From contig JAWCPE010000001.1 of assembly GCA_038870415.1 (NCBI GenBank), forward strand, positions 6,806 to 70,805: a stretch of 64,000 bases of DNA. The letters are read 5' to 3'. Below, in pieces: positions 37,055 through 45,925 of this stretch. The notes under the pieces are model-generated. The model saw nothing but the letters and a program-made list of their open reading frames with translations. It had not been told where the DNA came from and searched no databases. The first letter of the stretch is position 1. Each line of letters begins with the position of its first letter. The DNA is from Candidatus Bathyarchaeia archaeon (lineage in GTDB: Archaea; Thermoproteota; CALKCG01; B24; JAWCPE01). The position numbers and the translations under genes are program-made.

Positions 37055-37747
37055 CTAGAGCCGGAGGGTTCTCTCCACGTATCTCCCTCTTCTCTCGATC
37101 TCTCGGGTCTTCCGCAGGTTCTCAGAAGCTTTTTCCTCGCCCAGCCCCTCCCGGTAGCCTTCCGAGAAGGCTTGGAAACATTCGTCCGCGATCCTGCAGT
37201 GCGTGCTGCTTAAGGCTCGTTTCATGAGTAGCAGGTCGACGCCCATATCTTCGCTGTCCCAAGAGTAGGAACCTAGGCCGAAGTCCACTAGGAAGATACG
37301 CCTGTCCGAGGCTAAGATCATGTTCGAGGTTGTGAGGTCGCCGTGAACTATCCCGGCGTGATGGAGCCTAGCTATTATTGCGCCTATCTGGCGAGATGTT
37401 GAAGCCCTCTGCTCCGGGCTGCTTGAGGCGAGGGATTCACGCAGCCTTTCACCCTCAATGTAGCTGAGTAGCATCGTCGCATCTAGGGGGCTGAGCAGCA
37501 GGACCGTAGGGGCTGGGACCCCTGCCTCTTTCGCGTCATGCAACAGCTGGGCTTCGTGAACCGTCCTCCTCGTCCTCAAAGCTTGGTCGAGCGGCTCGAT
37601 CCTGTAAGGCTTCGGCGCCCTGAATTTCCTGACCACCTTGAAGCCGTGCCATGTCCCAAGTGAGATAGTAGCCTCTGCGCCCTTGTATAGGACCCGTTCT
37701 TCCACGAAGCTCTCCGCTCGGCCGAGCACATCAGGCCTCGCGCACAT
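37055..37747 (-). CDS. bud32: Bud32/PRPK-type atypical kinase (KEOPS complex subunit)
   Basis: 230 aa. Glycine-loop-like LYKGAEATISLG, catalytic IVHGDLTTSNMIL and FLVDFGLGSYS (DFG) fit the compact Bud32/RIO-like fold. Confidence 0.85.
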   Translation of the reverse strand: MCARPDVLGRAESFVEERVLYKGAEATISLGTWHGFKVVRKFRAPKPYRIEPLDQALRTRRTVHEAQLLHDAKEAGVPAPTVLLLSPLDATMLLSYIEGERLRESLASSSPEQRASTSRQIGAIIARLHHAGIVHGDLTTSNMILASDRRIFLVDFGLGSYSWDSEDMGVDLLLMKRALSSTHCRIADECFQAFSEGYREGLGEEKASENLRKTREIERRGRYVERTLRL

Positions 37748-37856
37748 CAGGTTCCCCCCGCGTGCCGAGAGGACGAAGGTATTCGGAGCTCACGGCCCAG
37801 AGGAAACTCGATTAGCCCGGGACGGTTCCTTCATCGAAGAGAGCATGGTCTGTCAG

Positions 37857-38369
37857 CTATCGCCAGAATCTCCACGATTCTTTCACGCTTGTGTGGCCGC
37901 CGTGTTGGTATGCCTCCGGTAGGACGTAGAGGTAGATTGTGTGGCCGTTGAACCTCTCGATTCGGGTGGCTCTCCAACCGTTCATGCTGAAGTCATGGCT
38001 CACTATACGCGTTCCGGGCCTCGCTTCTCTCTCGAATTTGGGCTTTAGCTTCTCGTTAGCGGTGCTCGTCAAGTACAGTGTTATCACCGTCGCCTCTGAT
38101 AGGTCCGCGCCTTGGAGGTCGGCGTTCACCAGCCTTACACGGCCCAACAGGTTCTTAGACTCGATCAGTCTAAGGTCGGACTTGTAGAGGTCTTCGCGGA
38201 GCTCGTAGCCGATCGCCATCTTCGCTCCAAACTCTGTCACCGCTGTGACCAGCATTCGAGCATCGCCGCAGCCCAAGTCGATCACGACATCTGAGGGCCC
38301 GGCTCCCGCGACTTCAAGCATCTTCCTTACGACCTCAGGCGGCGAAGCCACAAAAGGAGCTAAACTCAC
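37857..38369 (-). CDS. Class I SAM-dependent methyltransferase
   Basis: 170 aa. Motif I is VVIDLGCGDARML. Acidic residue loops follow. Confidence 0.75.
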   Translation of the reverse strand: MSLAPFVASPPEVVRKMLEVAGAGPSDVVIDLGCGDARMLVTAVTEFGAKMAIGYELREDLYKSDLRLIESKNLLGRVRLVNADLQGADLSEATVITLYLTSTANEKLKPKFEREARPGTRIVSHDFSMNGWRATRIERFNGHTIYLYVLPEAYQHGGHTSVKESWRFWR

Positions 38370-38543
38370 GTTCGGCGTCCTCCTACAGGTTCGTCTTCAA
38401 CCCCCGGTCTCCTAATAAGGATTACGTACTGGAGGGGCTCCTTCAACTTCCCAGCAGGATGACCGCTATCTTTTTATTGCTTCTGTGGTCATCTATCACG
38501 CTGCCCGAGAAGGGTCAGCGTTCATAGCGGGAGTAGGGGAACA

Positions 38544-39290
38544 GTGAGATACGAGTACACCGTGGAGACGGAGGACCTCGCGAAGTACTATCAGATGGGC
38601 GAGATCACCGTTAAGGCCCTTGACGGCATATCCATGAGGGTTAGACGGGGCGAGTACCTCTCCATAATGGGTCCGAGCGGCAGCGGCAAGACCACGCTGT
38701 TCAATATGATCGGCGGCCTAGACCGGCCTACGCGAGGTAAGATCTACATCGACGAGGTGGACATATCGAAGCTTGACGCCTACGAGCTAGCCTGGCTGAG
38801 ATGCCGCAAGATAGGGTACATCTTCCAGACCTTCAACCTCATCCCAGTCCTGACGGCTCACGAGAACGTTTCGCTCCCTATGATCTTCGCAGGTGTCCCT
38901 AGGGAGGAGCGGATGAGGAAAGCCACAGAGATACTGAGCAGAGTTGGGCTCGGAGAGAGACTGCACCACAAGCCCGCCGAGCTCTCAGGCGGACAGCAAC
39001 AGCGCGTCGCTATCGCGCGGTCATTGGCGAACGACCCAGTCATCGTCCTCGCCGACGAGCCGACCGGTAACCTCGACCTCCACACCGGGCTTGACGTCAT
39101 AACCCTGCTTCGCCAGATGAACCAGGAGAAGGGCGTCACCATAGTGACCGCGACTCACGACCTGAAGATGATTGATGTATCCGATAGGATCTTCTGGATC
39201 CGCGACGGAAAAGTAGACAGGATCGAGAAACGCGTCGACGTCATGGTGAAGCTCGGCGAGGAGACTGGCCCCCTACCAGTCAAGGAGTAG
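38544..39290 (+). CDS. ABC transporter ATP-binding protein (MacB/LolD-like)
   Basis: 248 aa. Walker [11 protein letters not shown] is present. The ABC signature [15 protein letters not shown] is present. Walker [12 protein letters not shown] and the H-loop ATHD are also present. Confidence 0.9.
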   Translation: MRYEYTVETEDLAKYYQMGEITVKALDGISMRVRRGEYLSIMGPSGSGKTTLFNMIGGLDRPTRGKIYIDEVDISKLDAYELAWLRCRKIGYIFQTFNLIPVLTAHENVSLPMIFAGVPREERMRKATEILSRVGLGERLHHKPAELSGGQQQRVAIARSLANDPVIVLADEPTGNLDLHTGLDVITLLRQMNQEKGVTIVTATHDLKMIDVSDRIFWIRDGKVDRIEKRVDVMVKLGEETGPLPVKE

Positions 39291-39389
39291 CCGGCTCAAC
39301 GGTAGGCTCTTCCCTGCAGCCTCGAATGTCCGGTACCCGTCGATTCCCTGGGTCGGCTCCCGACCGAGAAAAGAGTGGGAGTGTAAGCT

Positions 39390-41294
39390 CTGAGGCTCCT
39401 CTTCATCCACGCTGACAGTTTCGGGTACAAGGTCTTAGACAAGGCAATCGAGAGACCGGAGGCTCTCGAAGGCGCTGAGAGGGAAGCCTCCTTCCACGAC
39501 GTGCTCGTCGTGTTTACTACCGTCGAGCAGGCCGACGAGGATTCTCCCGCCGAGGTCGTGACGCAGGCCGCAGAGAGCGTCCTAGACGTTGCTGTGAGAG
39601 TCGGCGCGCATAGGTTGGTGCTCTACCCGTACGCGCACCTGTCCTCTCAGCTGGCTTCGCCCAGCCATTCCCTCTCCATCCTCAAGGCGATGGAAGAGCG
39701 TCTCAAGGAGAGCGGCGTCGATGTCCATCGCAGCCCGTTCGGATGGTATAAAGCCTTCACGATCGCGTGTAAGGGCCATCCGCTCTCTGAGCTCTCCAGA
39801 ACCATCGTGGGAGCGCCGGGCACGTCGGGGGAGCCTACAGCGAAGAGGGAGAGGGTGTCGAAGGCGCTCCAGGCGGAGGAGAAGCTTCAGTCAAGCTGGT
39901 TTATCCTAGACCCTGAAGGTCGTCTCACGCCGGTGTCTGAGTTCGACTTCCAGGGGAGCCCAAACCTAGAGAAGCTCGCGCGGTATGAGATGGCGAAGGT
40001 CAGGGCTGTAGCCCAAGTCCCGCCCCATGTGACTTTGATGAAGAGGCTTGAGATAGCCGCCTATGAGCCGGGCAGCGACCCGGGGAATATGCGTTGGTAC
40101 CCTAAGGGAGCCCTGATGAAGAGGCTCCTCGAGCAGTTCGTCGCCCGCAAGGTGGCGGAGTACGGCGCGATGGAGGTCGAGACACCGGTGATGTATGATG
40201 CCCACCACCCTTCGCTCGCGAGCTACCTTGACAGGTTCCCGGCTAGGCAGTACATGGTGGAGTCGGAGGACAGAGAGCTCTTCCTGCGTTTCAGCGCCTG
40301 CTTCGGTCAGTTCCTCCTAGCCAGCGATGCTCAGATCTCGTACCGGCAGCTTCCGCTGAAGCTGTACGAGTTGACACGCTACAGTTTCCGGCGGGAGAAG
40401 AGCGGGGAACTCGTAGGCCTGAGAAGGCTTAGAGCCTTCACGATGCCTGACTGCCACGCGCTCTGCGCAGACCTTGACCAAGCCCGCGTTGAGCTGGTGG
40501 CTAGGTTCCAGCTCTCGATGAGCGTGCTCAGCGAGGGGCTAGGCCTCAAGCAGGGGGATTACGAGCTTGCTGTCAGGTTCACGAAGGACTTCTACGAGGA
40601 GAACAGGGGACTCGTCCACTCGCTGGTTAGGCTCTTCGGAAGACCCGCGCTCGTGGAGATGTGGCCTGAACGTTTCTTCTACTTCACCCTCAAGTGGGAG
40701 TTCAACTTCGTCGACGCCCTAGAGAAGGCTTCAGCCCTCTCGACAGACCAGGTCGACGTGGAGAACGCGGAGCGGTACGGGATCGTCTACGTAGACGAGA
40801 AGGGAGAAAAACGGTTCCCGCTCATCCTCCACTGCTCGCCCAGCGGGGCAATAGAACGTGACATCTACGCGCTCTTAGAGAGAGCCTACCTAGCGCAGCA
40901 GAGGGGTGAGACACCCACCCTCCCATTGTGGCTTCAGCCCACCCAGATCAGGCTGATACCTGTCTCTGAGAAGGCTCTTCCGGACGTAGAGAAGGTCGCA
41001 GAGGAGATAGAGGGCCTCCAGGTTCCCGTTAGGGTCGACATCGACGATAGACCTGTAACCGTGGATAGGAAGGTGCGGGATGCGGAGTTAGAGTGGATCG
41101 AGTACATCCTCGTCGTCGGCCCACGAGAGGTGAAGTCAGGCATCTTCACGGTCAGGAAGCGTTCAACGAGGGAGATGCTGCGCCTCCCCCTGAAGGAGCT
41201 TGCCGACGCGATCAAGGCTGAGACGGAGGGAAAGCCGTTCCTGCCCCAAACGCTCTCAAAATACCTCTCGAAGAGGCCGCAGTTCCCCGGCTAG
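39390..41294 (+). CDS. thrS: Threonyl-tRNA synthetase (archaeal type, with N-terminal DTD-like editing domain)
   Basis: Class II motif 2 is FRREKSGELVGLRRLRAFTMPDCHA. An anticodon-binding domain lies at the C-term. The editing-domain homology (LRLLFIHADSFGYKVLDKAIERPE, cf. archaeal MRVLLIHSDYIEYEV) begins at CTG 39390, two codons after an in-frame TAA. The ORF-track ATG at 39501 would remove about 37 conserved residues. Confidence 0.88.
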   Translation: MRLLFIHADSFGYKVLDKAIERPEALEGAEREASFHDVLVVFTTVEQADEDSPAEVVTQAAESVLDVAVRVGAHRLVLYPYAHLSSQLASPSHSLSILKAMEERLKESGVDVHRSPFGWYKAFTIACKGHPLSELSRTIVGAPGTSGEPTAKRERVSKALQAEEKLQSSWFILDPEGRLTPVSEFDFQGSPNLEKLARYEMAKVRAVAQVPPHVTLMKRLEIAAYEPGSDPGNMRWYPKGALMKRLLEQFVARKVAEYGAMEVETPVMYDAHHPSLASYLDRFPARQYMVESEDRELFLRFSACFGQFLLASDAQISYRQLPLKLYELTRYSFRREKSGELVGLRRLRAFTMPDCHALCADLDQARVELVARFQLSMSVLSEGLGLKQGDYELAVRFTKDFYEENRGLVHSLVRLFGRPALVEMWPERFFYFTLKWEFNFVDALEKASALSTDQVDVENAERYGIVYVDEKGEKRFPLILHCSPSGAIERDIYALLERAYLAQQRGETPTLPLWLQPTQIRLIPVSEKALPDVEKVAEEIEGLQVPVRVDIDDRPVTVDRKVRDAELEWIEYILVVGPREVKSGIFTVRKRSTREMLRLPLKELADAIKAETEGKPFLPQTLSKYLSKRPQFPG

Positions 41295-41393
41295 CGCTCA
41301 GTCGGTGCCTAAACCGCAGCGTTATCGGAGCATACGCCGTCGCGACCAGAAGACGGCAGCATGCCGACGCGCCGAGGTAATCCTCTTCGCGGG

Positions 41394-42392
41394 TTACTCG
41401 AGGTCGTCGGCTAGGTAGGTGCTGTACCTTTGCTGGTCCTCGAATGGGATCTGCCCCAGCTCTTGCTGAAGGACTGTCAGAGCCGCTTGAGGGGGGATTA
41501 TGCCCCTCTCCGTGATGATGAGGTCTATGTACTCAGGCGGGGTCACGTCGAAGGAGGGGTTGCGCACCTGCACATTCTTCCACCGCGCCCTCATCTCGGG
41601 CGGTATCACCTCGTCGGGAGGCCTCTCCTCGATCTTTATCAGCTCGCCGATGATCGTTTCAGGGCTGAACTTGTAAGTTTCAGCCGCGACGAAGAAAAGG
41701 GTCCTAGACTCGTGGGCTGCGAGGGCTACCATGGAGGTCCCTATCTTGTTCACCACGGCGCCGTTCGAGGCTACCGCGTCGGCGCCTACCACCACCTTGT
41801 CGATCCTCTTCATGAAGTACCTAGCTGCGCCGTCCACGATCAACGTGACCGGTATCCCTTGGTTATCCAACGTCTCTGCGACTATCCGGCCTTGGTAGAG
41901 CGGCCGGGTCTCCGTAACGTAGACATCGATGTTCTTGCCCTGCTCCTTCGCCTTCTTCAGGATTGAGACCACCGCGTTGCTGTGGCAATGCGTCATGAGG
42001 GTGTCGCCGTCGTTGATCCTGCGAGCTCCGATCTCAGCGATCCTCGCAACAGCCTCCTTGGTGTTGGTCAGGAAGGCTTCGCACGCTGCGAGGACGGCCT
42101 TCTGAGCCTCCTCCAAGGTGAAGCCCTGCCTTTGAGCGGTGAGAGCCCTGTACATGACGTACCTTACACCGTTCGGCAACGATACCGCCGTCGGCCTGGT
42201 TGAGAGAAGATACTTCGCCGCATAGTCCAGCTCTGAGACAAGCTCGGAGGTGCTTCGCGCAGAGCTTTGAGCGGCGGTCAGTCGGAGGCATTCGACCGCT
42301 GTTTGAGCGATCCTAGTTGCGCCCCTGACCTCCATGCCTCTTATCTTGCGCCCCGCTGCTTCAACCTCCGGCAGTAGACGAGGTAAAGACAC
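41394..42392 (-). CDS. Ribose-1,5-bisphosphate isomerase (eIF-2B alpha/beta/delta family)
   Basis: 332 aa. RPTAVSLPNGVRYVMYR, GDTLMTHCHSNAV, YVTETRPLYQGR and NKIGTSMVALAAHESRTLFFVAAETYKF are collinear with characterised archaeal R15P isomerases of the eIF2B-like family. Confidence 0.8.
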   Translation of the reverse strand: MSLPRLLPEVEAAGRKIRGMEVRGATRIAQTAVECLRLTAAQSSARSTSELVSELDYAAKYLLSTRPTAVSLPNGVRYVMYRALTAQRQGFTLEEAQKAVLAACEAFLTNTKEAVARIAEIGARRINDGDTLMTHCHSNAVVSILKKAKEQGKNIDVYVTETRPLYQGRIVAETLDNQGIPVTLIVDGAARYFMKRIDKVVVGADAVASNGAVVNKIGTSMVALAAHESRTLFFVAAETYKFSPETIIGELIKIEERPPDEVIPPEMRARWKNVQVRNPSFDVTPPEYIDLIITERGIIPPQAALTVLQQELGQIPFEDQQRYSTYLADDLE

Positions 42393-42925
42393 GGTCTTCC
42401 TCTATAGGCGTTCAGCTGGGAGCTTTCATAAACGTTTCCTTACCCGGGGGGGAATTCATCCATAGAGCTACCTCGCTGAACTGAACTGTGTCATCGCAGC
42501 TCAGAAGGAAAGACTCCGAGGAGGACCCTGCGGTCCTCCCTTACGAGGAAGGCGTAGTTCACCGCCCAGTAGTTTGAGGTCGACTTCGCCCTCTCGCTGA
42601 AAGAGGCTGAGGAGTAGGCTTTCGGCATACCTTCGGCTGAGCCCCCTCTCCTTGAAGGCGGGGAGATTCGCGTAGAGCTTGGCTTAACGGGCATCCTAGG
42701 GTTCTCACCCCTCCTTCTGCCTGTCCTCTCGGCCTTCGAAAGTCATCGATTCGAAGGTTGGTTAAGGATTATTACAGCGGCCTAACGTCATACGCCCTCC
42801 AATCCCACCTGGGAAGCATAGAGCAACCCACAGCCTAACGGGCACAAGACGATCTTTAGACATACCCCCGCGGGGAGAGTGCTTATAAAGACGGCATGGA
42901 AACATGATGCTGTTCGGGGTAATCG

Positions 42926-43504
42926 TTGTCACGGCCTAAGCCATCTATCCGGATAGAGAACGTTGTCGCGTCCGTCAACTTAAACCAGGGGATAGACCTG
43001 CTCTCAGTGGTGAAGGCTCTACCCGGGGCTGTGGAGTATAAACCGGAGCAGTTCCCCGGCCTCGTCTTCAGGCTTAGGAAACCTAAGACCACAACTCTGA
43101 TATTTAGCTCAGGCAAGATGGTCTGCACCGGCGCTAGGTCCTCGGACCTAGCTAGGAAGGCGGTTAGAAGGGTCGTAAGCGAGCTGAGAACGAACGGTGT
43201 CCTCATCGTCTCCAAGCCTGACATCCAGGTGCAGAACATCGTTGCCTCCGTGAACCTCGGCGGGAAGGTAGACCTAGAACGGTCAACCTTCACTCTGGGA
43301 CGGACCTTGTACGAGCCTGAACAGTTCCCAGGGCTCATCTTCCGTATGGATGAGCCGAGGGTCGTCATACTCATCTTCGCCAGCGGGAAGCTCGTCTGCA
43401 CCGGGGCTAAGAGGGAGCAAGAGGTCACCGATGCAGTGGACAAGCTGAAACAGGTCCTGGAAGACGAGCAGCTCATCTACTACGAGGAAGGCAGCGTCGC
43501 ATAG
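42926..43504 (+). CDS. tbp: TATA-box binding protein
   Basis: 192 aa with a TTG start. The two TBP repeats are IENVVASVNLNQGIDLLSV...FPGLVFRLRKPKTTTLIFSSGKMVCTGA and VQNIVASVNLGGKVDLE...FPGLIFRMDEPRVVILIFASGKLVCTGA. An acidic tail follows. A CTTATAAAG TATA box lies about 45 nt upstream. Confidence 0.95.
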   Translation: MSRPKPSIRIENVVASVNLNQGIDLLSVVKALPGAVEYKPEQFPGLVFRLRKPKTTTLIFSSGKMVCTGARSSDLARKAVRRVVSELRTNGVLIVSKPDIQVQNIVASVNLGGKVDLERSTFTLGRTLYEPEQFPGLIFRMDEPRVVILIFASGKLVCTGAKREQEVTDAVDKLKQVLEDEQLIYYEEGSVA

Positions 43505-43643
43505 AAGGCCTGAAGCATCTAGCCTACCTGTACCGCTCAAGAGAACCGTCAGAACAAGACAAGAGTGCAGGCGGGTATCTTGCGCTGCAGCTGGGCTTTC
43601 GAAGGCTTAAGAGAGAGTAGGGAATCCTATAAGCGGTCTTAAG

Positions 43644-43829
43644 ATGTGCGAGTTTAAGGTGTTTCTCTCAGGGCAGCTCGTGTTCGAGGATGTAGTCTAC
43701 GCTAAGCTTCAGGGGAGTGACCTTGTGCTCAGAGATGTCCTCGGAAGCCAGAAGATTATCCCGTGCGCCCGCATAGTGGAGGTCAACGTCAGCTCTGAGA
43801 CACTTCTCGTAGAAGGAGTCTCTACCTAA
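43644..43829 (+). CDS. CooT-like small beta protein (N-terminal Met-Cys)
   Basis: 61 aa beginning MCEFKVFL..., with a later Cys (IIPCARIVEV). It resembles the CooT nickel-binding family in size and its Cys2 start. The assignment is weak. Confidence 0.35.
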   Translation: MCEFKVFLSGQLVFEDVVYAKLQGSDLVLRDVLGSQKIIPCARIVEVNVSSETLLVEGVST

Positions 43830-43834
43830 GCCGC

Positions 43835-45655
43835 TTACGGTTCTCCGCCCCCTAACTCTTTGCAAACGTTGGAGACTGCCCTCAACACGTGAGGGGCGGA
43901 TATAACAGCGAAGACCCGCATGAACCTCGGGGAGGCGATCTCCTTGACGACATGGCGGTCTCCGGAGGCCAGGTATCCGCCCAGCACGGCCTCCGCGAAG
44001 CCTTTTGCAAGTCGGGCGTTGAGCGTCAGATGGCTGGTGTAGTATAGGAGTTCGGCGAGGTCCCAGGTGGGCTGCAGCCCTCTCCCCGCTTGTTCAAGGT
44101 CTAGGAAGAAGACTTGGCCTCGTCCATCCGTAAGGATGTTCTCAGGTTTCGGGTCGCCTAGTATGATACCTGTGGCATGGATGCCTGCCAACGTCTTTCC
44201 TATCGCGGAGAACAATGGCAGAGCCTGCTCTAGGGCGTCGCTCGAAGAGAACGCCTTGACTGCCAGCTGTTCGAGGTCTTCGCCTTCCACGTACTCTCTG
44301 TAGAGGACCTTGTCCGCCCAGCTGATGTCGAGCACATCTGGCGCCGCGAAGCCGTGTCTCCGCAGATGGAGTAGCGCGGCGTACTCGTTAGCCATCCTGC
44401 TCCGGCCTCTGAGCGCGAACCTCTGAACCCCGACCGTCCACAAGGCCAGAGGGAACCACTTGAAGCCATGCCAATCCCTGTACTTCTTCGCGACGACACG
44501 CTTCTCTTCACCGTCCCCGGTCAACCTGATGAGGAAGACCGAGTTCACCGCCGATCCAAGTCTCTCAACAGTTCTCGCCTTTGCAGCTTCAGGAGAGCCG
44601 AGCCTCTCTGAGAGCCGTTCAATCGGCATCCGTTCCGAGAGGCTGACCAGGCCTCGCTCTGAGGGCAGGAAGAGATACCTCTCCGGTTCCTCTAAGGCTT
44701 TCTCACGGTTACTGCCCTCCAGCTCCCTCGTCAGCTTAGAAGCGAATTCTTGGGCGACCTCGAGGAGGTTGACGCCTCTACCTGCGTAGCCGTGTACCAC
44801 GTACGCGCTGGCGGCCCTCTTCACGCTCTTGGCGATCTCGGCTACCCTTGCTCGATTCGCGCCGTGCTGTACCCCTGCCTTCTCTGTTAGCTTGTAGTAC
44901 TCACCGTCATACGTGAGGATACCTTCAGCGATTAGGGCTGAGAGCGCTCTTTCGAACCCTAAGCTGATCTTCTTAAGGTTCATCTCTCTACGGTTTCCTT
45001 CCAGCATCCTTACGTAACTGTACCGAACCGGTGGATAGATGCGGGCCCTCCGCCACATCTTGTCGAGGATGAAGAAGACGGGCGAGATGAGTATCTCCGT
45101 CCAGATGCCTGGGTAGTCGGAGATTAGGCCCTGGATGCTCTCCTTAGCCGCCATCTCCGCCTCGTTCAGGTACTCCTCGGAGACCATGGGCTGGTATGGG
45201 GTGAGGAGACGGCCTGCCACAAACTCGCCGAGGTAAGCGTCCTTCACATCTCTCTCGAAGAGTTCTTTGTCGACGGCGAGAACAGAGAACATACCTTTCT
45301 CATACGGCTCGTAATGGTATCGTACATCGTCCCGGTACGGTTCAAGGACCAGAAGCACGTCCACGTCGCTATCTTTCCTAGCGTAGCCCGACACCTGGGA
45401 GCCGTAGAAGCAGGCGGCTACGACCTTCGACCCGTTCCTCTCCGCGAGCCGCTTGCACATCTCCACCGCTGCCAGCCTTGTAGCCTCATCTATCAAGGCG
45501 AGAGACAACCTTCCTCCCCTGTTCTGCTCTCCCATCCTTTCTTTCATCTTCATCGGAGCCTCTCTCATAAACGGATCGACGGCTTGCTGTCGCCGTGCGA
45601 AAACCCGAGGGTTCCAGCAGTGTCGACGAGCTGCCGGCCACTCAGTCCGCTTCAC
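43835..45655 (-). CDS. Fusion protein: minimal nucleotidyltransferase (Pol-beta-like) + winged helix + RIO/Kdo-type protein kinase-like domain
   Basis: 606 aa. The NTase motif is AACFYGSQVSGYARKDSDVDVLLV. The middle region LSALIAEGILTYDGEYYKLTEKA is wHTH-like. The C-terminal kinase-like region has VFLIRLTGDGEEKRVVAKKY (a Lys in a VAKK-type beta-3), catalytic-loop-like HATGIILGDPKPENILTDGRG and FFLDLEQAG. Exact start among the N-terminal Mets is uncertain. Confidence 0.6.
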   Translation of the reverse strand: MKRTEWPAARRHCWNPRVFARRQQAVDPFMREAPMKMKERMGEQNRGGRLSLALIDEATRLAAVEMCKRLAERNGSKVVAACFYGSQVSGYARKDSDVDVLLVLEPYRDDVRYHYEPYEKGMFSVLAVDKELFERDVKDAYLGEFVAGRLLTPYQPMVSEEYLNEAEMAAKESIQGLISDYPGIWTEILISPVFFILDKMWRRARIYPPVRYSYVRMLEGNRREMNLKKISLGFERALSALIAEGILTYDGEYYKLTEKAGVQHGANRARVAEIAKSVKRAASAYVVHGYAGRGVNLLEVAQEFASKLTRELEGSNREKALEEPERYLFLPSERGLVSLSERMPIERLSERLGSPEAAKARTVERLGSAVNSVFLIRLTGDGEEKRVVAKKYRDWHGFKWFPLALWTVGVQRFALRGRSRMANEYAALLHLRRHGFAAPDVLDISWADKVLYREYVEGEDLEQLAVKAFSSSDALEQALPLFSAIGKTLAGIHATGIILGDPKPENILTDGRGQVFFLDLEQAGRGLQPTWDLAELLYYTSHLTLNARLAKGFAEAVLGGYLASGDRHVVKEIASPRFMRVFAVISAPHVLRAVSNVCKELGGGEP

Positions 45656-45925
45656 GTAGTCCGACTCTGTGGAAGACCTCTGCGCAGCGTTCGTTGACGC
45701 GATAAACCTCTAGTCTAGGTACGCTGTACACCTGCCGTCGCCCACTTTGATATGGGTGAAGCCATGCCGGGAGGGTTTCTACAGAACGCGTAGTCCGTAA
45801 GACCTTAGTAAGGCCTCCGTCGATATGGTCGAAGATACGTAGGGTCCGAAGAGAGCTGCTGAGGCCCTTAGGCTCAGCCTGCAAACCCGAGGTGCTTTAC
45901 AGGCCGGAGAGCTGAGTGGTGTCTC

